Of a DNA stretch of 64,000 bases, positions 19,821-30,074 are shown piece after piece. Both the position numbers and the translations under genes were made by a program. Source of the DNA: Candidatus Latescibacterota bacterium. GTDB taxonomy: Bacteria; Latescibacterota; UBA2968; SICM01. The notes under the pieces are model-generated. The model searched no databases. It was not told where the DNA came from and worked only from the letters and a program-made list of their open reading frames with translations. The stretch is taken from positions 1,280,001 to 1,344,000 of the forward strand of contig CBDCJO010000002.1 in the NCBI GenBank assembly GCA_965217865.1, in the 5' to 3' direction. The stretch's first letter is position 1. Each line of letters begins with the position of its first letter.

Positions 19821-21346
19821 CAGCCTGTTGAAAAAGTGCGTTTATGCCAAGATGACTGTTGTCTTTCCTTGTGGTTTGGTCCTATGATATATCAGGTTCA
19901 AACTGAGAAGGGAGGACGAGCAAATGGCAATGGGAAAACGAGGACGACAGAGACAGGAAAACCTGTTCATCGCATCGAACACTTTGGTGAAATCTCCGGG
20001 TCATCCGTTCTACGAGAAGCTGAATCAGGTATTGGGGGCGAACGGCTTCGACGAGTTCGTCGAGGGGCTTTGCCAGCGGTATTACGCTCCTCATATGGGT
20101 CGCAAGGGCATTCCGCCCGGGGTTTATTTTCGGATGCTTTTGATTGGGTATTTCGAGGGACTTGATTCGGAACGTGGGATCGAATGGCGTGTATCTGACT
20201 CGCTGACGTTGCGCCGGTTTTTGGGGTATGCCCTTGACGAACAGACCCCGGATCATTCCAGCCTGTCTCGCATCCGGCATCGGCTTCCCTTGGAAGTTCA
20301 CGAAGCGGTTTTCAAGTGGATCCTGAGGGTCTTGTGCAAAGCGGGTCTGGTGAAGGGGAAGACGTTGGGCGTGGATGCTACGACACTGGAGGCCAACGCC
20401 GCGATGCGCAGCATTGTACGCCGTGACACGGGTGAAGGCTACCAGGCATTCCTTGAGAATCTGGCCAAGGCCTCGGGCATTGAAACGCCTACCCGCGAGG
20501 ACTTGTCCAAGATCGATAAGAAGCGACCGAAGAAGGGATCGAACCAGGACTGGGAGCACCCGCACGACCCGGATGCCAAGATCGCTAAGATGAAGGACGG
20601 TCGCACGCACATGGCGCACAAGGTGGAGCACGCGGTGGATCTGGACACCAATGCCATTGTGGCAGTGGCGTTGTCGGGAGCAGATGAAGGAGATACCGAG
20701 TCGTTGCCCTGGACGCTGCTCGAGGCGCAGCTCAATCTCAAGCAGGTCGCGAAGGACGAAAAAGCTGCCAAACGTTTGCACAGACAGCGTATACGGGAGG
20801 TGGTTGCGGACAAAGGATATCATAGCAACGATGTATTGACCAGTCTGAAGCAAGGCGGCATCCGGAGTTACATTTCAGAACCGGATCGGGGACGCCGCAA
20901 GTGGAACGGCCGACGAGATGAGCAGGCCGCGGTATATGCGAATCGACGCCGGATCAAGGGAGATCGCGGCAAGGCCTTGCGCCGAAGTCGTGCAGAACGG
21001 GTGGAAAGAACCATCGCTCACACATATGATACCGGTGGCATGCGCAGGTTGCACTTGAGAGACCGCGGCAATATCCTCAAGCGTTTGCTGATCCACATCG
21101 GGGGCTGCAACCTGGCTCTGCTCATGCGCAAAGTGATGGGCGTAGGTACTCCGAAGGCCCTCCAGGACCTGGCCAAGGCCTTGCAGCGTCTACTGCTCGT
21201 CCTACAATCACGTTTGCTGCCCTCGGTTACCTTTTTAACCTCTTATCAGCGTCTCCTGCTCAATCTCCTTACCTTGATTTATCTGACCCGCACTCCAGGC
21301 GTCTTTTCCGTTTATGTGCGTTGAAAGGTAGTTCTTCAACGGGCTG
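19821..21346 (+). mobile_element. IS copy 2 (1526 bp)
   Basis: Same inverted repeats; flanks TTAG (19817-19820) and CTAG (21347-21350). Confidence 0.95.
19924..21324 (+). CDS. DDE transposase
   Basis: 466 aa; protein identical to copies 3 and 4. Confidence 0.95.
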   Translation: MAMGKRGRQRQENLFIASNTLVKSPGHPFYEKLNQVLGANGFDEFVEGLCQRYYAPHMGRKGIPPGVYFRMLLIGYFEGLDSERGIEWRVSDSLTLRRFLGYALDEQTPDHSSLSRIRHRLPLEVHEAVFKWILRVLCKAGLVKGKTLGVDATTLEANAAMRSIVRRDTGEGYQAFLENLAKASGIETPTREDLSKIDKKRPKKGSNQDWEHPHDPDAKIAKMKDGRTHMAHKVEHAVDLDTNAIVAVALSGADEGDTESLPWTLLEAQLNLKQVAKDEKAAKRLHRQRIREVVADKGYHSNDVLTSLKQGGIRSYISEPDRGRRKWNGRRDEQAAVYANRRRIKGDRGKALRRSRAERVERTIAHTYDTGGMRRLHLRDRGNILKRLLIHIGGCNLALLMRKVMGVGTPKALQDLAKALQRLLLVLQSRLLPSVTFLTSYQRLLLNLLTLIYLTRTPGVFSVYVR

Positions 21347-23367
21347 CTAGGCTATTCAAGTATTCAATATTCCCAGGCTCCAGCCTCACGGCTTCACTGT
21401 GAGCCTCGATCGCCTCTTCGTGACGTCCCAACTGACGGAAGCAATAGCCAAGGCGGAAACATGCTTCCGCAAACCCCGGTTCCAACTGAATGACGTTTTT
21501 AAATGAAACGATTGCTTCCTGATACCGCCCAAGTTGCATCAATGCTTCGCCCCTCAACTTACTGACCATCCGATTGTTGGGATGACATTGCAGACTATGC
21601 TTAAATGACTTCTTCGCCTGCAGCCAGAGCCTCATATCATAGAATGTAAGACCCAGCATCTGATGCGCCCCAAAATAGTAAGGTCGGTAAGAGATGGACT
21701 TAGCAAAGTTTTCAGTGGCCTGAACCAGACGGTTCGGATCTACGTTCCTCGCCTTCCAATCGTACCATCCTTCTGTATAAGAATAATCTGCAATAACTGT
21801 GTTATAACTCACGGCCAAGCCAATAAAAAAAGTCGCAAAGCTCACACATGCCAAAATCAAGACAGAAACCACGGACCTGATCTCGAGAATGGGAATTTTT
21901 TGTTCTCCTAGACCGGATACCTGGCGATCCAACACAGCCGCAAGTCCAATGACAATCCAGAAATTGGACGCTGACGCGGGATTCTGAAAATTGGAACTAA
22001 ACAGGGCATGAACCAGCGTTGCCGCAGATCCAGCCACGAGGGCCACTCCAATCATGTTGGTATTTCCATTGGCGTAGGATCGCAACAGTCTATAGGAAAT
22101 CCCACTAATCACATAGAACATCCAGAGAAATGCCGCCAATCCCAGGATTCCGGTCTCTGCCAGAACTTGCAAATAATCATTATGCGCCCCATAGAGAGCC
22201 AAATCTCCTTCCACATTTTTACGCATTCGCTGGAGAATCTCGATACTATCCGCGCTCATATGCACCGGGATATTGAAGGGAAAATTTCCCACTCCAACCC
22301 CAAACCATAATCGCTCCCGAATCATCTTGGCTGTATCTCTCCAGAGAAAGAATCGTTGGCGTGTTGAATCATCTTCAAAATGAACAGCTGTTTCAAACCG
22401 ACCAAATGTATCCAACACGCGTTCCTTGAGATCCATCCCAACGGTTGATCTCTCGCCCAGAGGAATACTCATAGCAAATACAATCAGCAGAACCACAATG
22501 ATCGAGGAAATCGAATATTTAAAAATCGAGCCTTTTCTCAAGCGAATACCCACTCGCATGGCCCTCCAGATCAAAGCTCCGATAAAAATCCCCGAAGAGA
22601 CCACCATCCCGATCCATCCGCCTCGGGCTCCCAAAACGGAGATCAAAACCAACATTGATAATAAAGCCCCGCCTGCGAGCCAGCGGGCAAACCCACGACT
22701 CACAACCGTCAGTGCAACGGCTATAGGCAATGTGATATCGAGATACTCTGCCACAAAAGTCATGTTTCCGAGTGTTGACACCGGCATGCTCCACTTGGAG
22801 GAGAACGCGTAAACACGATGGTACTGCAGCAATCCGATCACCGAGACAACCGATGCGGTGAAAACGATTCCCCACAAGATCACAAGTCGTTCCCCCTCCA
22901 CCTTCACGCAATTGAAAACCACGAGACATAGAAGGAAATTACAGATATACTGGAACATCGTCTCCAAGCCTACGGGACGGTTGTATGCTTGGAAGAGAGA
23001 GATGAAGTTCGCTGCTAAAAAACTGAGAAAGGCATAGTAAAGCGGGGATTGGACAAGAGACAACTTTCCGTCAATTGCCATTCGAATGAACCAAAGGGAA
23101 CAGGCCAAGGTCGTGAGAATCTGAACCAAAGCAATCTTCGGGATATTATACGTAGACAGGGAGGTGGTGAAATAGGAAGGGGTCAATACGACGAGGAGCA
23201 GCAGGGTCCCGATCACACCAAATTGCAGTCCAGACTTTAACGGGGAATGAACGGAGTCCTGATTGTCTTCTTTCAACACGATTCGCCGTGTTCCCATAAC
23301 CTTGAACCTGAAAAAATACGTGAACTTCCTCTATCCAGGGAAGGACACCAAAATTGAAGGCTTCCGG

Positions 23368-24297
23368 TTAATGGCTTGCTTCAATCTTCCGGATGGCATT
23401 TTCGAGCCGAACGGCAACAAAACGATCCCCTTCCGTGTCCAGCCACCGTCTTAGCATTGGAAGGCTTTCTGATTGGGCCGAAAAACCCAAACCCACTGCG
23501 GCAGCCGCCCGGACTACCCATTCCGGGTCCTCTGCCAGAGGGATGAGTATTTTGATAGCCGGTTCTCCCCCGATTTTTCCGATGGTGTGGGAAGAGAGGG
23601 CTCGAATCAACGGATCTGGATGGGGCAGCAAATCGGAAAGCGATTTTAAAGCCGGAGCACCCATAACCACCAGTGCGCCCGCCGCAGCAAATCGCACGCT
23701 GTGATGGGAATCTGACATCGATTTTATCAGGGAAGGAACCGACCGAAGGTCCCTCAACTGTCCAAGGGATTTGGCACTTGCCCTTCTGACGCTCAAGGAG
23801 GGATCATGTAGCGCCTTAATCAGAACCGGAACGGCCAACGAGTCTCCGATTTCGCCCAAAGCCGAGGCTGCCACACTCCGAATACTTGAGTCTTTCATCA
23901 AACCGATGAGGGCTTGCCGGCAATCGGGATGCTTCACCCGGCCGATCATCTTCGTCGCATATCGACGGGCGTCAATGGTGTCACCATCCCTGGCACAACG
24001 GACGAGAACGGGAAGGCCCGCCGCCGCCATTTCCACCAAGGCTTCCATCACCCCGTTCTTTACCCACCAACTCCCCTCAGCCAGGGTTTTTTCGAGCTCG
24101 GGAATGATCTTTTTTCCTCTTTGGGCCAACTCCTGGATGGCCTTCGACCTTTCCGGAAAGTCCAGGCCCCCGATCTTCCCGATGAGCGCCGAGACATCCT
24201 TGGAGCCAGGATCGGCCCCTGCGCCAACCGCACTCCAACCCATAATAACAGAATACGTAGCGAGATGTCGCAAAAGGATATACATAGAAAGCACCAA
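23368..24297 (-). CDS. HEAT/PBS-lyase repeat protein
   Basis: Repeated VR..AA.ALG.IG motifs and a signal-like N-terminus. Confidence 0.85.
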   Translation of the reverse strand: MVLSMYILLRHLATYSVIMGWSAVGAGADPGSKDVSALIGKIGGLDFPERSKAIQELAQRGKKIIPELEKTLAEGSWWVKNGVMEALVEMAAAGLPVLVRCARDGDTIDARRYATKMIGRVKHPDCRQALIGLMKDSSIRSVAASALGEIGDSLAVPVLIKALHDPSLSVRRASAKSLGQLRDLRSVPSLIKSMSDSHHSVRFAAAGALVVMGAPALKSLSDLLPHPDPLIRALSSHTIGKIGGEPAIKILIPLAEDPEWVVRAAAAVGLGFSAQSESLPMLRRWLDTEGDRFVAVRLENAIRKIEASH

Positions 24298-24382
24298 GAA
24301 TCAAGTTTGAAAAAGCCTATCGACTCGAAAGGTACAGCTCCCGACTTAAATAATCATTTTTCCATCCTTAATTCCTGTCCCT

Positions 24383-26326
24383 TCACCAGAGGACACTTGT
24401 CGTGTCATCAAGCCCAACACCATATTCCCCGTTCGTCCGGATCTCCCCATCCTTCCCAAAACCGGAGTATCGATCATCTCCCCCCCCGTCAAGGAGGACA
24501 CCGATGCTCCCAAATCCTCGAGAACCGACACCCGATCCCTGTACTTCATCATCCCCGGTGTATCGGTCATTTCCGGCTCCGTCAACCAAAAATCCAACCC
24601 CATTTGCATTACCCGAACCCTGAGACAACCACGTGGATTCGTAGCTGTCGTCACCTGACTCATCCAAAATAAGGCCAAACGCCAGGTCGTGCCCGCATCC
24701 CTGAGAGACCCCCCAGGATTGGTAGATATCGTCTCCCCCCTTGTCCATCAGCCCTCCGATGGCCAGATGGACGCCACTCCCCTGGGCATAGCGTCTTGCA
24801 ATGTACACATCCCGACCCTCTCGGTCCATCAACAATCCCAACCCCATCCAGTACGCAGATCCCTGTGTAAAGTAGTCCCCTTCGTAGCGATCATCTCCCA
24901 ACAAGTCGACCAGCAGCCCGACACCCCCGACTGCGAACGGACGGATCCCCGTCCCAAAGCCCTGTGCCAGACTCCGAAAACGGCCTTCCTCCCTGAAGTC
25001 CGGCAACATGCCTCCTGCGAAATAGGTGTCATCCCCCTCCCTATCGAAAAGCCCCCCGGCCCCGCGAGTTCCTCCGTAGCCCTGAGCGGCTCCCCCGGCC
25101 TGGTAACGGTCTTGGCCATCCCCGTCGATAAGCAAGCCCAGACCAAAGATACCGGCCCCTTGGGCACCAATCCCCGCCTCGTAACGATCATCCCCTTTCA
25201 GGTCCACCAGCATCCCAACACCCAATACACCACACCCCTGACAGAGTCCGCCTTGGCTTATGTATTGATCGTTTCCCGCCATGTCCACAAGGACACCCGC
25301 ACCCATCCACCCCGTTCCCTGGGGAAAATCTCCTTCGGAGGCATAGATGTCGTCACCCGAAAGGTCGACACATACAGAGGCCTTAAGCTTGCCGTCCAAA
25401 CTCGAACCTGTCCATCCCTTGTACTCATCATCACCCCCCAAATCCAGAATGATTGCCGCCGGACGTCTGTATACAGTAGGTCCGGGTCCGCCAACGATAA
25501 CCGCACCTGCGGGAGTTTCGAACGACGCAACTACATCTCCAGAAACACCGTCGATAATCGGATTGGCGGATTCACCGGATGACATGAACTTGGTTGGCAA
25601 CGCCCCCACCCCCTGAATCCCCGCCAAAAGGTACTGGGCTGCGGCCACCATTCGGACTTCGTCCACCTTTGATGCGATATTAACAATCCGTCTTGCTTCA
25701 TATTCTTCGACCTGCCCCCTGATCATCTTTCCGGCCCGGACAAGTATCTTCCTTTCCTCCTCCGTTATATTCTCCAGGCCTTTTTCCACTTCAATTCTGC
25801 TCGCGATCAGACCTGTCAATAAAGTCCCGACGGCTCGCCCAATAGGCCGCGGAAGGTCATCAAACGCCGTCTTCCAGGATTGCTCTTCAACTCCGTTCAG
25901 GCGAGAACCGCACGCCGCGTAGAGACGACGGGCTGCATCAGGTGCCGATGCCGTGGAAATGTAGGGAAGTCGCCCCTCCGTGCGAATGTCGATCAGATCC
26001 GCCAAGCTTTTCAGGGCAAAAATGGAAGAGGCGTTCCCTTCGATTCCCTGGACGACTGAGTCAGGGACGGAGATGGCCTGGAGAGGATTGCTCAACCCCT
26101 GGCGGAGCAGCGCAGGGGCTTCGTCCAGCGCGGATAAGTCCGTCACGATGGCCAGATCGGAACGTCTCATGTGGATGGCTTTTAAAGCCCGGTCCAAGGG
26201 AAGTTCTTCCCTGTGCTCATCCAGAGATACGGAATCCGAATGCCCGTAATCTGTAAAAAAAAGAAGGGGGAGTATGAAAATAAAGGCGGGAAGCGGCGTC
26301 CTTTTCATTTTGAAAGGATATCGCAA
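24383..26326 (-). CDS. Secreted hypothetical protein with tandem D-x-x-G-[D/N]-D-x-Y glycine-rich repeats
   Basis: Signal peptide; about ten repeats such as LDLGGDDEY, VDMAGNDQY and LDGGGDDRY. Confidence 0.8.
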   Translation of the reverse strand: MRYPFKMKRTPLPAFIFILPLLFFTDYGHSDSVSLDEHREELPLDRALKAIHMRRSDLAIVTDLSALDEAPALLRQGLSNPLQAISVPDSVVQGIEGNASSIFALKSLADLIDIRTEGRLPYISTASAPDAARRLYAACGSRLNGVEEQSWKTAFDDLPRPIGRAVGTLLTGLIASRIEVEKGLENITEEERKILVRAGKMIRGQVEEYEARRIVNIASKVDEVRMVAAAQYLLAGIQGVGALPTKFMSSGESANPIIDGVSGDVVASFETPAGAVIVGGPGPTVYRRPAAIILDLGGDDEYKGWTGSSLDGKLKASVCVDLSGDDIYASEGDFPQGTGWMGAGVLVDMAGNDQYISQGGLCQGCGVLGVGMLVDLKGDDRYEAGIGAQGAGIFGLGLLIDGDGQDRYQAGGAAQGYGGTRGAGGLFDREGDDTYFAGGMLPDFREEGRFRSLAQGFGTGIRPFAVGGVGLLVDLLGDDRYEGDYFTQGSAYWMGLGLLMDREGRDVYIARRYAQGSGVHLAIGGLMDKGGDDIYQSWGVSQGCGHDLAFGLILDESGDDSYESTWLSQGSGNANGVGFLVDGAGNDRYTGDDEVQGSGVGSRGFGSIGVLLDGGGDDRYSGFGKDGEIRTNGEYGVGLDDTTSVLW

Positions 26327-26327
26327 T

Positions 26328-27095
26328 CTAGGTAACAGAGGAATGAGTTTTAAGCAAGCCGGGTTGCCCGTTTTTTGGAGGAGTCATCTCAATTGTCCGG
26401 CTTGACTGACCATGGGTTTTTTGAGCCACAAGCATGACCATAATCATCCCGAGTCCGCTCGACAGGACATTGAGTTTCACGTCCGACCATTCTCCAACCC
26501 GATTCGGCAACCAGGCTTGGATCCCCTCGTCCAATCCACCCAGGCAAGATGCCATCACCCATCCCCAAAGATAGGCGGATCGATATCCCATGTCAACCCT
26601 CAACGACCTGTATATCAGATAGCTCAGAAAACCATATTCCGCTAAATGAAGCCGTTCTGCCGGTGATTCCTGGAGCAAAAAAATAGCCACAGTGTAAACG
26701 GTGTACAGGAAGACCAAGGCCGCATAGACCCACAAACGGCGCTCGCGTTTCCTGAAAAGGAGATAGATGAGCAGCCAAATCCCGATGGCCACGATACACG
26801 TTTGCCCCGCCCAATGGATCCTTCCGTCGGTGTAACCATAAAGTGTTTTCCAGATTTCCGGCAGAAAGGGCAAGGTGAGGAAGATAATGGAGGTATATAT
26901 GACAACACCCCCCCACCAACGGCATCTATGGAAACCATACCTTTTCGAAAGAATCAGATAGACGATCATGGCCAACAAGGTCCAACCAACCAAGTCCGCT
27001 GGAGGGATGGTCCCTATCCAACTGACCAGGTCAAAGAACCCCCTCAAGAGCCCGACCGCGAGCAGCCTAAAATCATTTACCCACCCGGCCTTCAT
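26328..27095 (-). CDS. VanZ-family membrane protein
   Basis: ERLHLAEYGFL, DEGIQAWLPNR and DVKLN; ATG 27095 overlaps the upstream TGA. Confidence 0.82.
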   Translation of the reverse strand: MKAGWVNDFRLLAVGLLRGFFDLVSWIGTIPPADLVGWTLLAMIVYLILSKRYGFHRCRWWGGVVIYTSIIFLTLPFLPEIWKTLYGYTDGRIHWAGQTCIVAIGIWLLIYLLFRKRERRLWVYAALVFLYTVYTVAIFLLQESPAERLHLAEYGFLSYLIYRSLRVDMGYRSAYLWGWVMASCLGGLDEGIQAWLPNRVGEWSDVKLNVLSSGLGMIMVMLVAQKTHGQSSRTIEMTPPKNGQPGLLKTHSSVT

Positions 27096-28972
27096 CGGCG
27101 ATCCCGTGATATCAACAGATAAAGGAGCACCCCCGCCCCGAGGCACACGACCCCTACCACCACATGTTCTGTCCTTGTTACAAACCAGTTCATAAGAAAA
27201 AAGAAGGGGCTCGATGGCTGGTGAGGGGAGTCGGTTTTGGCTTCCACAAAAAACGTACGCCATTCACTCCACCCAGTCGTTGCATCCGCTCGCCTGACCC
27301 GGAACCGCCAGGGGTTGTAGAGAGCAAGTGTGTTCCATAATCCTCCGTCAAACGGTCCGTACTTCGGGGCGTTTCCCACAACCTGAATCCGTCCTTCCAA
27401 AAAACGGTGGGTGCCTTCTGCGACCCTATACTCGGCTGTGTAATCTGAGTTGACATCACCGGTCCACCGGGGGGAAATCGAACCATCTACCGCCTCGAAT
27501 CGTAGCGTATCCCGATCCGATGGGAAGAGAATTCGGATTGACTCGCCTTTCGACTGATCTTTCTGATATGACGATGAGTCTGTATCGGCTTCGGATCGCA
27601 CCCCCTCCGATTCTGCAATTCCCTGTGGGTAATCGGATATGAGGCTGTCCCCGGATGCAACAACCTGTGATAGTTTTTCCCTTAGCCTCCAGCGATCGAG
27701 GTCCAACTGCATCTTTCTAGCAATCTCCGGAAACCGGGTTATCAAATTTTGTCGTTCAAGGGGGTCTTCAATCAAGTGAAATAATTCAGACTCATTCCCG
27801 GACGGTCCAAATGAGCTGATGAGTTTCCACGAAGATGTCCGCATCGCCAGAATTCGGGTCAAAAGCATCTCAGGGGATGCCTGATATCCCCCTGGAGTCG
27901 TTTCGCAATACGCCGGCCGCTCCTGCCATCCCGGCTCTCCCCTGATCAAAGGCACCAGGGACCGGCCTTCTACCCCCCCAGGCCTCTTTTTTCCCAGAAT
28001 ATCCAGTATAGTCGGCAGGATGTCGATGTTCTGCACCTGCTCATCAACCACGCGTCCTTGCGGAAGGCCCCCGGGAAACCTGAATACGAGAGGAATCCGA
28101 ATCACTTCGTCATAGGAATTGCCGTTGAGGGATGTGGAGGCGTGTCCCACAAACCCGTGATCCAACAGCTCCTCGCCGTGGTCCGCAGTAATAACCAGAA
28201 GCGTCTTATCCTTCAGATTGAATCGGATCAACATCTCCTCGATCCTCTTGATGAATCGCTCGTCCATCTCCAGAATCTGGCCGTCATACAGGCCTTCAAC
28301 CCATTCACGATCTTCGGCTTTAAAGTCCACGTGCCCGTAGGGAATCATAACGTCTTTCGTCACGGCATTGAGCTTCTTGGCCGAGACCTGCGACCAATCA
28401 AACGACGGCAAAATCCTGGACCCGTATGCCGGAGATGGATTGTATGGAAGATGCAGGTTTCGATAATGGTAATAGATAAAAAACCTTTGGTCCCGGTAAT
28501 CCTGAATTGCCTTGAACAGGATCTCATCTTGGGTTGATATCAGAGAGTCTCGGCGGGGGTAGGGATCGAACCCCAACCCTACGAAGTTCGGAATAACGGT
28601 TAAGTAGCAAACGTCCGGACACACATAACCAAGCGGGGCCAATAAACGTGGAAGGGTCGGAATATCTTTGCTTAAAGATTTTCCCCTTACATCTACTCCG
28701 TGAGATGGGGCGTAAAGACCCGTCAGAATCGAGATCAACCCGGGGGTCGTCCAAGAAGACGACGATATCGCCTGGGTGAAAAGAACACCCTCCTCCGCGA
28801 TTCGGTCCAGATTCGGGCTGGTCTGTCTGGTGTATCCCATGGCCCCAATGTGATCCGGCCTGAAGGTATCGACGGTGAGAAGGAGGATATTGGGCAATTC
28901 ACGGCCGGAAGAACTCTGCTGCAGAAGGAATATGAGCAGGCAACATAATAAGGGGGAATAAACGATTTTCAC
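27092..28972 (-). CDS. Sulfatase-like (alkaline phosphatase superfamily) protein with C-terminal TM anchor
   Basis: PNILLLTVDTFRPDH, SSWTTP, HLPY, ITADHGE and DILPTIL; start placed at GTG 28972. Confidence 0.87.
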   Translation of the reverse strand: MKIVYSPLLCCLLIFLLQQSSSGRELPNILLLTVDTFRPDHIGAMGYTRQTSPNLDRIAEEGVLFTQAISSSSWTTPGLISILTGLYAPSHGVDVRGKSLSKDIPTLPRLLAPLGYVCPDVCYLTVIPNFVGLGFDPYPRRDSLISTQDEILFKAIQDYRDQRFFIYYHYRNLHLPYNPSPAYGSRILPSFDWSQVSAKKLNAVTKDVMIPYGHVDFKAEDREWVEGLYDGQILEMDERFIKRIEEMLIRFNLKDKTLLVITADHGEELLDHGFVGHASTSLNGNSYDEVIRIPLVFRFPGGLPQGRVVDEQVQNIDILPTILDILGKKRPGGVEGRSLVPLIRGEPGWQERPAYCETTPGGYQASPEMLLTRILAMRTSSWKLISSFGPSGNESELFHLIEDPLERQNLITRFPEIARKMQLDLDRWRLREKLSQVVASGDSLISDYPQGIAESEGVRSEADTDSSSYQKDQSKGESIRILFPSDRDTLRFEAVDGSISPRWTGDVNSDYTAEYRVAEGTHRFLEGRIQVVGNAPKYGPFDGGLWNTLALYNPWRFRVRRADATTGWSEWRTFFVEAKTDSPHQPSSPFFFLMNWFVTRTEHVVVGVVCLGAGVLLYLLISRDRR

Positions 28973-29213
28973 GTGACCCCTTCGATTATTAATTCCTCGA
29001 TGGAAAATCTGATGCATTTGATGAAATCCGACCCTTGTCGGGGGCTTTGATGATAGGATCAGCCCAGCGCTGGAGGAAACAAACTGCTTGGTGGTCTTAT
29101 TGGATTTTCGTACCATCGTAGATTCCAATCCGAAAAGAGAATCTGCTGAGACTGCCACAAATTATACCAAAGCCGTGAGATCCCTTTCACAATCGATGGC
29201 CAAGGAGGTTCAT

Positions 29214-29948
29214 ATGGGGAAACTTGAGAACAAAGTTGCACTCGTCACAGGTGGCAGCCGCGGGATCGGAAAAGGAATTTCGCGTGGGCTTATTGAAGAA
29301 GGGGCGAACGTCATTATCGTCTCTCGAGACAGCCAGGCGCTGGATCGGGCTGCCGCTGAACTTTCTTCAGGCAATTCCACGGTCCTGGCAAAACCCGCGG
29401 ATGTGGCCGATGAGGAACAGGTTGAGGACGTCTTCCGCGCGGCAGTGGAGCAATTCGGCCGGCTGGACATCCTTGTAAACAACGCAGGTGCATTCGACGG
29501 GGGCCGCCCCCTTGAAGACCTTTCGGTGGAGGTTTGGGACCGCGTGATGGCCGTCAACTTGCGTGGCCCCTTCCTCTGTACTCGCGCCGCCATGCGTATC
29601 ATGAAGCCCCGGGGGGGCGGGAGGATCATCAACGTTGGGAGCATCTCAGCCCAGCGGGTACGTCCCGACTCGGCCCCGTACAGCGCCAGCAAACACGGTC
29701 TCTGGGGCCTCACCCAGGTGACCGCCCTTGAAGGAAGGGAACACGGGATCGTGTGCAGTTGTCTTCACCCCGGCAACACCCTCGTCGAACGCCGTCGGGA
29801 GAGCTCTTCAGATGTGGATGCGGAACCCATGATGACGGTTGACGAATTAGCCCAGGTCGCGGTAACGATGGCAACCCTTCCGCCTCACGTAAACCTCCTG
29901 GAGGCCATCGTGTTGCCTGTGAACCAACTCTACATCGGCCGGGGATGA
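29214..29948 (+). CDS. SDR family oxidoreductase
   Basis: TGGSRGIG, NNAG and YSASK; AGGAGG RBS. Confidence 0.93.
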   Translation: MGKLENKVALVTGGSRGIGKGISRGLIEEGANVIIVSRDSQALDRAAAELSSGNSTVLAKPADVADEEQVEDVFRAAVEQFGRLDILVNNAGAFDGGRPLEDLSVEVWDRVMAVNLRGPFLCTRAAMRIMKPRGGGRIINVGSISAQRVRPDSAPYSASKHGLWGLTQVTALEGREHGIVCSCLHPGNTLVERRRESSSDVDAEPMMTVDELAQVAVTMATLPPHVNLLEAIVLPVNQLYIGRG

Positions 29949-29962
29949 TCTTCACATTCCAC

Positions 29963-29991
29963 TTGACTGAGGCAGGAACCGGGTGTATAAT
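29963..29991 (+). promoter_or_regulatory. Sigma70-type promoter for ltaE
   Basis: TTGACT-N17-TATAAT. Confidence 0.75.
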
Positions 29992-30074
29992 TATCTCCTC
30001 ATTTTTTTACGGATTCCGGCTCAACTTTACTCCTTTTAACCAACCTGAGCATCAAGACATTATGAAGGCTTTCT

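Larger units (their letters stand above)
19617..23297 (-). pseudogene. O-antigen ligase-like (Wzy_C) membrane protein with C-terminal TPRs, interrupted by IS copy 2
   Basis: STLGN, GARGG, GVGVGNF, AHNDYLQ and TPRs; orphan 67-aa TPR tail at 19820-19617 in frame across the IS. Confidence 0.85.

Noticed and set aside
8433-21346. Composite transposon formed by pairs of IS copies
   Set aside because: Each copy has both halves of its own host gene on either side, so the insertions are independent.
24383-25480. Periodic repeats as a possible CRISPR array
   Set aside because: The repeats are at protein level with degenerate codons; there are no identical DNA repeats and no cas genes.
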